In this document: in pieces, positions 26,916 to 38,061 of the stretch | Numbering within the stretch: the stretch's first letter is position 1 | Layout of the letters: every line of letters starts with the position of its first letter | Source: a virus | Taxonomy: Duplodnaviria; Caudoviricetes | Virus record (IMG/VR): IMGVR_UViG_3300031853_000039 | Location: 178-64,177 of that record | Direction: 5' to 3' (one strand) | Length of the DNA: 64,000 nt | Translations under genes and position numbers: made by a program | Notes under the pieces: model-generated | Seen by the model: the letters and a program-made list of their open reading frames with translations, nothing else | Told to the model about the DNA's origin: nothing | Database searches by the model: none

Positions 26916-27384
26916 GAATCAAGCTATAATAGATTGGTTAAATAACTGCCCACAAGTACAAGCAAATCCCTTGTATTTTAACTTTTCTGAAGCCAAAGAC
27001 AATAACAAACAAATAGTAACAACAGCGAACGACAAGGCAATACAAAAGCCTTTTATAGATGGAGCAGTATTAAAGCAATTTACATTCACAATCATTGATT
27101 ACAAATCAATAGCTTATAGAGCAGTAGCTAAAGAGATTGGTTATCCTGATGAGAATGTAGAAGAAATGGCTGAAGTACAATCCATCATAGATTGGGTTGA
27201 GGAGCAGGCAGATAGTCGCAACTATCCTAACTTTGGAACCGAGTGTGAGATTGAAAGCATGGAGGTTCTTACAGATAATCCTAATCTAAACGGAACAGAT
27301 ACATCCGTAACGCCTGCACTTGCAAAGTATTCCTTGTCTATACAAATAAAATACATTGACAATTCCAAAGTAATTTGGAAGTAA
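26908..27384 (+). CDS. tail terminator-like protein
   Basis: Position before the major tail protein; AKYSLSIQIKY end. Confidence 0.65.
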   Translation: MDKNQAIIDWLNNCPQVQANPLYFNFSEAKDNNKQIVTTANDKAIQKPFIDGAVLKQFTFTIIDYKSIAYRAVAKEIGYPDENVEEMAEVQSIIDWVEEQADSRNYPNFGTECEIESMEVLTDNPNLNGTDTSVTPALAKYSLSIQIKYIDNSKVIWK

Positions 27385-27403
27385 AAGAAAGGAAGGTAAA
27401 AAA

Positions 27404-27943
27404 ATGGCAGTAAATCAGTTCAATCTTCCAGAGCATCAGAGAGCAGAGCGTAAATTGCTTATCACGGTTGCAGAGTGGAACGAGGGCACAGGTTCGAGTG
27501 CTACACAGGAACGTGAGATTCTTGGACGTAGAACAGAGGACTCAAGTATTGAGTACAATACAGACACCAATACTTCTACTGATATTCTTGGTATCAATTA
27601 CACAGATGTAAACAAGACACAGCCACAACAGGATTTCGACCCGTATATGATTCTTGGAGGTTCAAAGCTTGGTGCGAAGCTTAACGATATTAGAAAGCGT
27701 AACGCACTTTCAGAGCTTTCACAGTTTACACTTTATATCATCACTGCTTATGTAGGTGACGCTACTAATGGTTACGAAGCAGAGAAGCATGAGGGTTGTA
27801 CTATTCAGTATAATTCACTTGGTGGTGATACTAATGTCAATATGCCGATTTCAGTATTCTTCTCAAACAAGATTACAAACGGTACGGTTGACAAGCTTAC
27901 TGATGACTTTACATTCACACCTGATGTAAACATTGGTGGTTGA
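27404..27943 (+). CDS. major tail protein
   Basis: 179 aa, high-expression codons, position. Confidence 0.75.
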   Translation: MAVNQFNLPEHQRAERKLLITVAEWNEGTGSSATQEREILGRRTEDSSIEYNTDTNTSTDILGINYTDVNKTQPQQDFDPYMILGGSKLGAKLNDIRKRNALSELSQFTLYIITAYVGDATNGYEAEKHEGCTIQYNSLGGDTNVNMPISVFFSNKITNGTVDKLTDDFTFTPDVNIGG

Positions 27944-27967
27944 TGAAAACACAAGGAGGAAATAATT

Positions 27968-28489
27968 ATGTTGGCAGATGAGAAAAAGCCGATTGATACA
28001 GAAGTAGAAAAGTCGGAAGAAGTAGAAGAGGTAGTTGTAGATAAAGATATTGACCTCTCGGAAATACGTAAACAGCGTATTAGAATTGACGGTGACAATA
28101 ATAGAATTGTAGAGCTTAACTTGTCAGATATGGGTATTCTTAACAGACTTACAGAGTCTTATCCTAAACTTGAGAGATTGCAGGAAAAGGCAATTAAAAT
28201 GTCGGAGAATGTTTCAGGTGAGGATTTTGATGAAGTAAAGCTTGGTAAAGATTTGAAGTCACTTGATAAAGAGATGCGTAATATCATTGATGGTATCTTT
28301 GATTCAAAAGTTTCCGATGTTTGTGTACCTAATGGCACTATGTTTGACCCACACGGTGGAATGTGCAAGTACGAATATGTTATAAATGCACTTGTGCAAG
28401 CATACGATGCTAACATAACTGCTGAAGCTAAAAAGATTAACAAATCAGGCGTAGCAAAACATACGAAAGGTTACACAAAGAGGAAATAA
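27968..28489 (+). CDS. tail assembly chaperone
   Basis: Position between the MTP and the Gp15-like gene. Confidence 0.7.
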   Translation: MLADEKKPIDTEVEKSEEVEEVVVDKDIDLSEIRKQRIRIDGDNNRIVELNLSDMGILNRLTESYPKLERLQEKAIKMSENVSGEDFDEVKLGKDLKSLDKEMRNIIDGIFDSKVSDVCVPNGTMFDPHGGMCKYEYVINALVQAYDANITAEAKKINKSGVAKHTKGYTKRK

Positions 28490-28492
28490 TCT

Positions 28493-29092
28493 ATGTTCAG
28501 TTTGCCAACCTCCATTATGATAAACGGTCGACCATACGGTATAACCAACAAAGGTGACTACCGTATGGTTATAGACTGTTTTTCAGCATTAAATGATGTA
28601 GATTTAACGGAGGAAGAGCGTGTTATTTCAGCACTTATAATATTTTATGAAGATATAAATAGTCTTGAGGATTTAGATATATTATTTGACCCTGAATCTT
28701 TTAGAGAAGCAATACATCAAATGTATGAATTCTTTAATTGTAACCAAAAAGAAATAGGGGCAAAAAGTAATAGAAAACTTGTTGATTGGGAACAAGATGA
28801 GCAGATAATTGTAAGTGCAATAAATAACGTAGCAAAAACAGAAATCAGAGCAGTAGAATATATGCACTGGTTTACATTTATGGGTTATTATATAAGTGTA
28901 GGAGAAAGCGTATTATCAACGGTTGTAAGTATAAGAGATAAGATACTAAAGGGAAAAAAGTTAGAGGATTATGAGAAAGATTTTAGACGTGACAATCCAG
29001 GATATTTTGAGTGGAATCACAAAACCGTTGAAGAATTAGAAGCCGACAAAGAGTTTGAAGCTATAATGCAAAGTTGGCATAAGGAAGAGTAG
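28493..29092 (+). CDS. Gp15-like tail assembly protein
   Basis: LPTSIMING..DYRMVID..DWEQDEQIIVSAIN..YMHWFTF..VVSIRDK. Confidence 0.8.
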   Translation: MFSLPTSIMINGRPYGITNKGDYRMVIDCFSALNDVDLTEEERVISALIIFYEDINSLEDLDILFDPESFREAIHQMYEFFNCNQKEIGAKSNRKLVDWEQDEQIIVSAINNVAKTEIRAVEYMHWFTFMGYYISVGESVLSTVVSIRDKILKGKKLEDYEKDFRRDNPGYFEWNHKTVEELEADKEFEAIMQSWHKEE

Positions 29093-29100
29093 GTGGGAAA

Positions 29101-32100
29101 ATGGCGGCATCAGTAGATGGTGATATTCGTTTATCCGTAGGACTTGATACATCGAGTATAGAGAGTCAGTTAAAAAGTCTTGGTATTTCTATGTCAAACA
29201 GCGTTGCAAAGTCGATGGACGCTAGTTCAAATAAAATCTTTGATAAATTAAAAGCGGGCGTTTCCAAAATCACCCGTTCATTTTCAATTACACCTGAAGT
29301 AGATGATAGTGCATTAAAGCGTACTGAAAGCAGTGTTGAGAGAGTAACTGCAAAACAAAAAGAACTAGGTAATGTATCTCAAGAAGCTGGAGATAAAATG
29401 GCTAAAGGTGTTGATAAAGCAACACGTGCTGACAGCAACTTGCAAATACAAATTGACCGTACAATAGCAAGAATTCAAGAGTTACAGAAAAAACAAGCGG
29501 CTCTTGGAGCTACAACTGTTCAATCAAAAGAATATACTGCACTTGAAAAAGAAATGAATAAACTCGGTTCAAGAACCGATGAAATAGTAAGTAGATTAAA
29601 TCATCTTAATAGCAATGAAGTATTACAAGTAAAATATCGTGGAGAAATAGAAGCACTTAATAAAGAGTTCGATGAAACAGTTACTAAAATTGAAAAAATA
29701 GAAGAAGCTATGGGTAGATTAAGGTCTAAAGGAATGGGACCAACACCCGGTACACAAACAGAAGCTTATGCAAAGCTTGGACAAGAGATAGAGTTTCAAG
29801 GACGAAAACTTGATTTACTATATGAAAAAGAAGCACAAGCAGGACAACAAGCACAAAAGACAGGTTCTCAAATGAGAGCTAGTCATCAATCAGCAGGTAA
29901 TAGTGCAAAGAAAGCGGCATCAAGTATATCATCTCATTTTGGCAATGCTTTCAAAAAGATACGTAATCTTGGCGGCAAAATGTTCAATGGTATAAAAGGT
30001 TTGTTTAGTAGGATAAAAGGCAAAGCAAAAGATACCGCAAATGATATGGATAAATCATTCAAAAGAGGATTTAGAAATATCTTAAAATATGCACTTGGTA
30101 TTCGTTCATTTTACTTGCTATTTAGAAAGATACGAGCGGCGGCTAAAGAGTCGTTAAAAGCGATGGCAACACAGTTTCCAGAAGTAAATGCTCAAGTATC
30201 AGCTCTTAAAAATTCATTCATACAATTAAAAGGTAGTGTAGGTACAATGGTACAGCCATTATTACAAGCATTAGCACCTGCATTAACTACTATTATCAAC
30301 TTGTTTAGTCAAGCATTGCAAGTGGTAGGAAGTTTCTTTGCACTACTTACAGGTCAGAAGTTTATATACAAAGCTAAAAAAGGAACAACAAGCTTTGCAA
30401 ATGCTCAAGATGAAAGTACAAAAGCAACTAAAGCAAATACAAAAGCACTTGAAGAAAATCAAAAACAATTAGGTCATTATGATAAATTGAATATTATCGA
30501 CCAAGATAATAAAGGAGGTTCAGGCGCTGGTGGCGGAGGCGGAGCTGGTGGTGGTGCTGGAGAAATGCAATTTGAGAAAGCACCAATTCCTGATTGGGTA
30601 AATGACTTTGCAAAGCGTATTAAAGAAGCTTGGAAGAAAGCAGACTTTACAGAGATAGGTGCTATTATCGGGCAAAAGTTACGTGATGCACTTAATAAAA
30701 TACCATGGAAAAAAATACAAACTACGGCAGAAAAAGTAGGTAAATCATTAGGTACTCTAATAGCAGGTTTTATAAAGACACCAGGTTTAGCAAAATCAAT
30801 TGGTAATGCTATAGGACAAGCACTTAATACAGTATTGCTTGGAATACAAAACTTCATTAAAAATGTACCTTGGTATAAGTTTGGAGAGTTTATTGCAACT
30901 GGTTTATCGAGTGCTTTATTAGCTAAAGATAAAAACGGTACTACATTGATTGGTAATATAGCAAAGACATTTGTATCTATTGTAAATGCCGCAATAGATA
31001 CGTTTCTTGGATTTGTTAAAAAATTAGAGTGGAAAAAAATAGGAAAAGAAATATCAAAATGGTTGAATTGGGCTATAAAGAATATTAAAATAGAGGAGTT
31101 TGCAGAAGCCATTGGTAGACTTATAAATGGTCTTGTAGACTTGATGTATGAGATATTCAGTAATGCTGATACTTGGGTTTCACTTGGTACTAAAATTGCA
31201 AACGGAATCAATAAAGCATTTAAGACTATTGATTGGGCAAAGATGGGTAAAACTATTTCTGATGGAATTAAAGGAATTTTAACCACAATAGAAACAGCTT
31301 TATCTAAACTTGATTGGGAAGCAATTGGAAGAGCAATTGGAGATTTTCTTGGTAATATTGATTGGCTTGGAATACTTGGTAAAGCCATTAGTGTAATGGC
31401 GAAAGCATTTTGGGGACTATTTAAGTCAATATTTTTATCGCCTCCAAAGAGTGTAGAAGAAGCAATAGGTAAAGGCATTTTAGCTATATTTACTGGAATA
31501 TTTGTATTCAAAAAATTTGCGCCATTGGTTTCAACAGTGAAAGGACTTTTCGGTAAAATACTCGGTAAAGGAGTTGCACAAGCCGCCGCAACAGGTGCAG
31601 TGACTGCAGGCGCACAAGTAGCAGGTGAAGGAGTTGCTGAAGCAGTTGGAGCGGGAGTAGCAAGCGGTAAACCTGGTCTTATTGCTAAAATTGGTTCAAC
31701 ATTGAAAGCGGCTATAACAGCTCATCCTGTGATTGCGGCAGTAGCCGCCGCTGGAGCTGTGGTAGCAGGAGTTGCTATAAATGCTATAAATAAAATGATT
31801 GATGAAGAAATAGAGGCACGTGAATACGCATCAAAAGTTGCACATGAAATTGGTAAACGTGAAGTAGAAAATGTCACAAAAACACTTGACGGATTACAAA
31901 AGACACTTGACGGTGCAAAAAAAGTTATTAAAAACTTCAATAAAGCATTAAAAGACATTGATAGTCCTTCAGATAAATCAGGCAATATAAAGAACATATT
32001 GAAAGACTATTTAGAGCTTTCAAAGAAAACACATTTAACCGCAGTTGAGACTGAAACGCTTAAAAAGCGTACTGAACAATTGATTGAAAAATATCCTACG

Positions 32101-33474
32101 TTAAGTAAATATGTCGATAAAAATACAGGCTTATTAAAGCTTAATGAGAAACAATTAAAGAGTATAATAGAGCAAGAAAAACGACAAGCAAAAGCAATTG
32201 TGGCACAACAATCAGCAGAAGCACTTTATAATAAAAAATCAGAGCTTGCAGAAGCAATTAAAAAAGCAAAAACCGCTATGGACGAAGCTCAATCAAAGTT
32301 TGATGCTCACTATAAAAAACTACAAGAGATTGGACAACAGCAAGGCAAAAATAGTGAAGCATATCAAAAACAATTAAAGATAACCGGTGAAGTTGCAAAT
32401 GCTTTGACTAACGCCCGATTAAAATATGCCGCCTTAACTGAACAAGAAAAAAAGAATAACGAAGCCATAAAAACTGCTAATAATTTGATGGAGCTTGCAA
32501 AAGTAAAAGCATCGACTCTTGCAAAAACTAATGATAAATTAAAAGAGTCATTAAAACAAATGGGTATAAAAGCAAGTGACCAAAAAAAGATTATGAGTGA
32601 ATTAAAAACGGCACTTGAAAAAGGTGAGATTTCTTGGAAACAATACAAGAGTATTGTAGATAAGAATTACAAATCAGTAGGTGCATTGAAAGCCGCTCTT
32701 GATAAGACAGGAAAAACAAAAGTATCACCTACACTCAATGTAAAAGTGACAGGTAAAGAGGAAATGAATCGTGTGCAGAAGTATTTTGCTACATTTAAGA
32801 ATGGAAAGAAAACATACACACAAATATTAAAAATACAAGCGCAGTTTTCAGACCCTGCTGTTAAAAAAGCTTTTGCTTCAGGGTATTTTAGCCCATCTGA
32901 TTATGTGATGACAGTACGTAAAAAAGCATCAGGTGGTATTTATACAGGAAGTGGTTGGCATAATGTTGAAGGATATGCAAGCGGTGGAACACCTAAAAGC
33001 GGACAGTTCTTTATGGCACGTGAGAATGGCATTCCAGAGCTTGTAGGTACTATTAGAAATCATACTGCTGTAATGAATAATAATCAGATTGTTGCTAGTG
33101 TTGCAAACGGCGTATATCGAGCTGTAGCGGGTGTTGCAAGTGCTATACTACCTTATGTACGTTCACAGACTCATGCAATGAATTGGCTAGCACAAAACGG
33201 CTTACAGCTACCTGATATTCCAAAGATAACACTTGGAAATATAATACCAAGTACAAGTGAATTTCTTAATGCTTCAACAGGCACAACAACGAATAATATA
33301 AACAATGGAATTGATTATGATATGTTGGTACAAGCATTTAGAGAAGCACAAAGTAAAGAGCCAATAGTAGTACAAATGCCTAACGGAAAAGTTCTTGCAG
33401 AAGCAGTGTGGGACGAAGAAGAAAAGAGATACAAGCAAACAAGAAGTAGCACATTAAGACCAAAGTTTGCATAA
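29101..33474 (+). CDS. tape measure protein
   Basis: 1457 aa, helical Ala/Gly/Ile-rich, W-periodic repeats, YASGG..F-x-ARE-x-G-x-PELVG. Confidence 0.92.
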   Translation: MAASVDGDIRLSVGLDTSSIESQLKSLGISMSNSVAKSMDASSNKIFDKLKAGVSKITRSFSITPEVDDSALKRTESSVERVTAKQKELGNVSQEAGDKMAKGVDKATRADSNLQIQIDRTIARIQELQKKQAALGATTVQSKEYTALEKEMNKLGSRTDEIVSRLNHLNSNEVLQVKYRGEIEALNKEFDETVTKIEKIEEAMGRLRSKGMGPTPGTQTEAYAKLGQEIEFQGRKLDLLYEKEAQAGQQAQKTGSQMRASHQSAGNSAKKAASSISSHFGNAFKKIRNLGGKMFNGIKGLFSRIKGKAKDTANDMDKSFKRGFRNILKYALGIRSFYLLFRKIRAAAKESLKAMATQFPEVNAQVSALKNSFIQLKGSVGTMVQPLLQALAPALTTIINLFSQALQVVGSFFALLTGQKFIYKAKKGTTSFANAQDESTKATKANTKALEENQKQLGHYDKLNIIDQDNKGGSGAGGGGGAGGGAGEMQFEKAPIPDWVNDFAKRIKEAWKKADFTEIGAIIGQKLRDALNKIPWKKIQTTAEKVGKSLGTLIAGFIKTPGLAKSIGNAIGQALNTVLLGIQNFIKNVPWYKFGEFIATGLSSALLAKDKNGTTLIGNIAKTFVSIVNAAIDTFLGFVKKLEWKKIGKEISKWLNWAIKNIKIEEFAEAIGRLINGLVDLMYEIFSNADTWVSLGTKIANGINKAFKTIDWAKMGKTISDGIKGILTTIETALSKLDWEAIGRAIGDFLGNIDWLGILGKAISVMAKAFWGLFKSIFLSPPKSVEEAIGKGILAIFTGIFVFKKFAPLVSTVKGLFGKILGKGVAQAAATGAVTAGAQVAGEGVAEAVGAGVASGKPGLIAKIGSTLKAAITAHPVIAAVAAAGAVVAGVAINAINKMIDEEIEAREYASKVAHEIGKREVENVTKTLDGLQKTLDGAKKVIKNFNKALKDIDSPSDKSGNIKNILKDYLELSKKTHLTAVETETLKKRTEQLIEKYPTLSKYVDKNTGLLKLNEKQLKSIIEQEKRQAKAIVAQQSAEALYNKKSELAEAIKKAKTAMDEAQSKFDAHYKKLQEIGQQQGKNSEAYQKQLKITGEVANALTNARLKYAALTEQEKKNNEAIKTANNLMELAKVKASTLAKTNDKLKESLKQMGIKASDQKKIMSELKTALEKGEISWKQYKSIVDKNYKSVGALKAALDKTGKTKVSPTLNVKVTGKEEMNRVQKYFATFKNGKKTYTQILKIQAQFSDPAVKKAFASGYFSPSDYVMTVRKKASGGIYTGSGWHNVEGYASGGTPKSGQFFMARENGIPELVGTIRNHTAVMNNNQIVASVANGVYRAVAGVASAILPYVRSQTHAMNWLAQNGLQLPDIPKITLGNIIPSTSEFLNASTGTTTNNINNGIDYDMLVQAFREAQSKEPIVVQMPNGKVLAEAVWDEEEKRYKQTRSSTLRPKFA

Positions 33475-33484
33475 GGAGGAGCGT

Positions 33485-33946
33485 ATGTCAGCAAGTGATT
33501 GGAAAGGTTATTTATTAAGAGCAAAAAACGGTGATACATACACAAAGTTTCCTATGAAGTATATAAACGAAGCTTCATGGGAAACTACTCCTAATCAACG
33601 TGAAGAGATAAAAGCATATCGTGATGAAAATAGTCGAGATTTGCATCGTGTCACTGCCGCAGGTAAAAAGACAAGTATATCTTTTAGAACAAGACCTAAT
33701 TTACATTTAAGAGATAAGATAGCAATACAGAAGTTTTTTACCGATAATGAGCAAAGTTCGTCAAGTGCATCAGAAAACGCTAAAAGAAAATCGCAAAGAC
33801 GTATCACATTGCAATATTGGAATGATGAATCGAACGAATATAAAACAAGCGATTTTTATAGAACAGATATAAAGTTTACAATCAAAAAAGTAACAGATGA
33901 TGATATTATTTACGAGGAAATACAAATAGAGTTGGTAGAGTATTAA
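33485..33946 (+). CDS. distal-tail-like protein
   Basis: Directly after the TMP; start moved to 33485. Confidence 0.6.
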   Translation: MSASDWKGYLLRAKNGDTYTKFPMKYINEASWETTPNQREEIKAYRDENSRDLHRVTAAGKKTSISFRTRPNLHLRDKIAIQKFFTDNEQSSSSASENAKRKSQRRITLQYWNDESNEYKTSDFYRTDIKFTIKKVTDDDIIYEEIQIELVEY

Positions 33947-33956
33947 GGAGAAATAT

Positions 33957-36900
33957 ATGGACACAATACTTGAAAGACAAACCTATATTCTTATATCGGA
34001 TAACATCGAAGTTCTTTATCCGTCAGATGATTTATTTCCGAGCGACAGAATCTATCCTGCATCAACAACAAGAATAGATAATATTGTTGCTGGCAGTATG
34101 TCAATAAGCGAGATTTTAAGTGAATCTACTATACAATTTGGACAATTATATGCAAGTAAGTTTGAGTGCAAGATTTACAAAGATGAAGATGCTCAAGACA
34201 TTGGAGATTTAAGCGGTAAATATATCACAGTGGTACAAACAGAAGGCAATGATTATCACATAATATTTACAGGTTTAGTAGATAGCTGTAAACTTGATAG
34301 ACTTGCTTTTGATAGAACTATTGTGGCGTATGATTTAGCATATAAACTTGGATATATAAATGTAGCTGATTGGTGGAATAATTTTTGGGAGAATAAAGTA
34401 GAGGCTACGATAGGTCAATTAAGACAATCTTTACTTGAGTATGTCAATATAGAATACATACCTGCTACACTTGTAAATGATAACGTAAAGGTGAAAAAGG
34501 CTTGTAATATTAAGTCAATATCATTTTGTTCAATGCTTAAAATGATATGTGAATTAGGTTGTTGTTTTCCACACTTCACACGTGATGGAAAGCTGAAGTT
34601 TATTGTACTTAATTCACAAGCAGGATATAACATAAATAATGATGAAATTGAAGGTGAAAATAGTGACTTTGAAGAATATACTTCAGACCCATTTACAGGC
34701 ATACAATTTTACACATCAGGCGGTACATTAAGATATACACAAGGCACAGATGATTGTCCTTATGCTATAAGTGATAATATCTTGATATATGATATGGAAG
34801 ATACAACATATCAAACAATCGGTGCTAATATGCTTGATGCTATTAGGATGCTTGTGTATAGACCTTCAAATGTAAAAATGATTATAAGTGATTGGACTTA
34901 TAATGTAGGTGATTATATTGTAACTACAAAAGGATTCTTTTATGTGTTCAAAATGGACTTCAGCGGTTCACAACTCATAGAACAGTCTATGAGAGCAGAA
35001 GGCACAAAAAGTCAAGACGAAGTAGGCACAGATATAAGCACTATTGAAACAGTAATGGAAGATATTGTTTCAAATATTGATGATGAACTAAACGATATTT
35101 ATGATGAAGTCGATGAAGTCGGTGATGAGGTCGACCAACTTATTTCCGAGTTGGACGAAGTAAAAAGACACATTGACGCAAGTAATGACCATTTAAGAAT
35201 AACTTTTGCAGAAACAACAGGACAAGATATATGGTTTGTCAATGGAGTAATACATAGTCAAAAATATTATGAAGATGTTGAAAAAGGTATTGACCCTCCA
35301 GATACTTCTCAAGACGTACTTGGACTTGTAGAAAGATATAACATACAAACTCAAGTTATTATGGACTACGGTGAACCGTATGCAAGATTAGAAGATGTTG
35401 CTACAAGCTGGAGTTCTCAAGGTTATGATATAGAAGAAGAAGTAGGTGCTGTACCTACAGCAGAAGATAAAGACGAACATGGTGATTATATTTATGACCA
35501 TACTGTACCTACTGACAAAGATGAAAACGATGACAAAGATAATTATTATATGGTAAGAGGTACCGGAGATATTTATCAATATCAAGTCATAGTACAATCT
35601 CATTCATCAACAAAGGCAACAGGTAAGAAAAATAAGACACCGACTGCTGTGTTTAATATGGTAAAAGTCGCTGATGGTGTTGTAGAAAGTACAGAATATG
35701 GTTGGGATATATTCCCTTCTGATGCAGAAATAGATGATTATTATCTTGACCAAGAAACAGGAAAAGTATATCATCTTGAAGGCACCGAAGCAAATAAACA
35801 TTGGGTGTATAAATGGGATTGCCCGACTACAAAATTAGTGCATGAAACATCAATGGAACAAGATGCACATAATATCGTATTAGAAGCTAGCGCACGTGCA
35901 GGAGAAGATACATTATTAAGCGGTAGAATACAAGTATCAGCTCATAGTATTACAATGTCAACAAGTGGTCAAGGGCAAACATCGGGAATTACAATTCAGT
36001 TGATGGATGAATTAGGTAGACCAATACAAGGTGCTAATATTACATTAACAGGACTTGTAGAATTTCAAGATTTGTCAGGCACTGGCGGTAGTACATTTAT
36101 AAATGGTGGAAATATACAGACACAAACAATAGAAGTCAACACTATAAAACCAAACAAGACAGACCCCTCTGGTGTAGGTTGTATTGCTTTTGGAGATACT
36201 GGTGATATGCCAATTAGCTCCATGTATGTAATAGGAGGCTCTCAATGGGGAGACCCATTCAATGGAGCTAGTTGTTATTTGTACGAACAAGCAAATACAC
36301 TTATGTTAAGTTCTCCGTTACTACTCAACGATGAGCCATGTACGTTGATTTTGGGATATGGAACTCAAAGTAATACATCTACGTCATCAAATAATAAAAT
36401 GTCCGTTTATGGAAAACATTTAGGAGGCAGTGGCAGTGGATATGATTATGCTCATACAGATACAAAAGTAAGATGTCGTGCTCCGTTTTATTACGATATA
36501 TTCCCATATTTACGTTCAAGTTCAACGACAGCCAACGTAAGATGTAGAGAAAGTGATTGGGAAGAAATCAATTGGAATGACCCTGACAGTAGTGGTTATA
36601 ATACTTATTATATGTTTGCTCCTTTATCACAATCTTCAAGACGATGGAAGCATGATATACGACCAATAGAAGATGAAAATCTTGACCCACATAAATTGTA
36701 TGATTTACAAGTAAGTCAATTTATATACAATTTAGATTATCTTGAAGAAGAGGATCAAAGATATAACACTCCAATACCGGGATTTATTGCTGAAGATGTT
36801 GCAATGATATATCCTATTGCGGCAGATATAAGCACAAAAACAGGACAAGCATCGGATTGGAATGTTCGTTATATTGTACCACCAATGCTGAAACTTATTC

Positions 36901-36977
36901 AAGAGCAGAATGATAGAATAACTGCACTTGAAGAAGAAATAAAAGAATTGAAATCAATGATTAAAAAGGAGGATTAA
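33957..36977 (+). CDS. tail hub/spike protein with C-terminal intramolecular chaperone (peptidase S74-like)
   Basis: C-terminal SSRRWKHDI...GFIAEDV...IVPPMLKLIQEQNDRITALEEEIKELK. Confidence 0.8.
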   Translation: MDTILERQTYILISDNIEVLYPSDDLFPSDRIYPASTTRIDNIVAGSMSISEILSESTIQFGQLYASKFECKIYKDEDAQDIGDLSGKYITVVQTEGNDYHIIFTGLVDSCKLDRLAFDRTIVAYDLAYKLGYINVADWWNNFWENKVEATIGQLRQSLLEYVNIEYIPATLVNDNVKVKKACNIKSISFCSMLKMICELGCCFPHFTRDGKLKFIVLNSQAGYNINNDEIEGENSDFEEYTSDPFTGIQFYTSGGTLRYTQGTDDCPYAISDNILIYDMEDTTYQTIGANMLDAIRMLVYRPSNVKMIISDWTYNVGDYIVTTKGFFYVFKMDFSGSQLIEQSMRAEGTKSQDEVGTDISTIETVMEDIVSNIDDELNDIYDEVDEVGDEVDQLISELDEVKRHIDASNDHLRITFAETTGQDIWFVNGVIHSQKYYEDVEKGIDPPDTSQDVLGLVERYNIQTQVIMDYGEPYARLEDVATSWSSQGYDIEEEVGAVPTAEDKDEHGDYIYDHTVPTDKDENDDKDNYYMVRGTGDIYQYQVIVQSHSSTKATGKKNKTPTAVFNMVKVADGVVESTEYGWDIFPSDAEIDDYYLDQETGKVYHLEGTEANKHWVYKWDCPTTKLVHETSMEQDAHNIVLEASARAGEDTLLSGRIQVSAHSITMSTSGQGQTSGITIQLMDELGRPIQGANITLTGLVEFQDLSGTGGSTFINGGNIQTQTIEVNTIKPNKTDPSGVGCIAFGDTGDMPISSMYVIGGSQWGDPFNGASCYLYEQANTLMLSSPLLLNDEPCTLILGYGTQSNTSTSSNNKMSVYGKHLGGSGSGYDYAHTDTKVRCRAPFYYDIFPYLRSSSTTANVRCRESDWEEINWNDPDSSGYNTYYMFAPLSQSSRRWKHDIRPIEDENLDPHKLYDLQVSQFIYNLDYLEEEDQRYNTPIPGFIAEDVAMIYPIAADISTKTGQASDWNVRYIVPPMLKLIQEQNDRITALEEEIKELKSMIKKED

Positions 36978-36981
36978 AACA

Positions 36982-37212
36982 ATGTTAGCAAACTTTACAA
37001 AAACACAAAACTTTACAGGAGTATCAGCAGTAGATGTAGAAGAAGGAAAAGGTACACAAGTGCTTTACATGAATGCCGCAGTTAGTGCAGACGGAGCTGT
37101 ATCTTTTTCAGAGCAGATACGTAATATTGATTTATACAAAGCTCATAAAAAAGAAGTTGATGCAGACTTGGCGGCATTCAAAAAAGCTGTACTTGATAGC
37201 GTAGGAGTGTGA
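36982..37212 (+). CDS. small tail-associated protein
   Basis: ORF track, RBS aaggagg. Confidence 0.6.
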   Translation: MLANFTKTQNFTGVSAVDVEEGKGTQVLYMNAAVSADGAVSFSEQIRNIDLYKAHKKEVDADLAAFKKAVLDSVGV

Positions 37213-37216
37213 TAGT

Positions 37217-37615
37217 ATGGACAAGTTATACACAAGAGTAAATTGGCATAATTTACCTGATACTACTACACCCATAAATGAAACTAATCTAAACAATATG
37301 GACAATACTATTGATTTGATAGATAGTAGAGTAGTTGCTATTGGAAATCAAATAGATAGTATGGCAACAGATGTTCAAGTTTCATTAACCGTAAATGGGT
37401 GGAATAATAATGTTCAAACAGTGACCGTAGATGGAATGACAGCTACAGCAAAAGGAGTTGTTAGTCTTGCTACAAATGCTACAGCAACAGAACGTGAAGC
37501 TTGTCGTGATGCACTATTAGCAGTTACAGGACAAGGGACAAATAGTATTACAATAACAGCAGACGGAGATGTACCTACAATAGCATTGCCAATAAATGTT
37601 TTGATTATTAAGTGA
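37217..37615 (+). CDS. baseplate/fibre-attachment protein
   Basis: YTRVNWHNLPDTTTPINETNLNNMD N-terminus; LTVNGWNNNVQTVTV..PTIALPINVLII. Confidence 0.65.
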   Translation: MDKLYTRVNWHNLPDTTTPINETNLNNMDNTIDLIDSRVVAIGNQIDSMATDVQVSLTVNGWNNNVQTVTVDGMTATAKGVVSLATNATATEREACRDALLAVTGQGTNSITITADGDVPTIALPINVLIIK

Positions 37616-37622
37616 GGTTGAT

Positions 37623-38060
37623 ATGTTAGTTTATAGATTTCCATATAGCACAAAGCCAAAAGGAGAAATAATTATTCCTTCTCAAAGTGGCTCATTAACA
37701 TATAATACATCTTCACAATCACCGACTTGGAGCAATTATGACCAAACTAAAATGACTTTGAGCGGAGATACAAGTGGAACAAATGCAGGTAATTATATTG
37801 CTGTATTTACACTTGATAGACATTATGTTTGGAGTGATGGGACAACAGGTGCAAAGAATGTCACTTGGACTATTGGTAAAGCACTTGGTAATATAACACT
37901 TTCAAAGAATAGCGTTAGCCTTACTCCAGAAAATCCATCAGATACAGTTACATTTAGCAATAATACAGGAACAGTATCTGTAACATCGGCTGATACGTCA
38001 GTAGCAACGGCTAGTGTAAGTGGAAATACGATTACGATAACACAGCCTCAAAAAAAATAA
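37623..38060 (+). CDS. Ig-like fibre protein ending prematurely at an A8 tract
   Basis: Ig-type strands; CAA AAA AAA TAA stop; homologous repeats continue in the +1 frame. Confidence 0.7.
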   Translation: MLVYRFPYSTKPKGEIIIPSQSGSLTYNTSSQSPTWSNYDQTKMTLSGDTSGTNAGNYIAVFTLDRHYVWSDGTTGAKNVTWTIGKALGNITLSKNSVSLTPENPSDTVTFSNNTGTVSVTSADTSVATASVSGNTITITQPQKK

Positions 38061-38061
38061 T

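Noticed and set aside
28420-28495. Programmed -1 frameshift between the tail chaperone genes
   Set aside because: No canonical X XXY YYZ slippery heptamer found near the end of 27968; 28493 has its own ATG
30477-31511. Long minus-strand ORF (344 aa) and other minus-strand ORFs
   Set aside because: Antisense shadows of well-supported plus-strand genes, with no RBS, promoter or motifs; the genome appears single-stranded in coding
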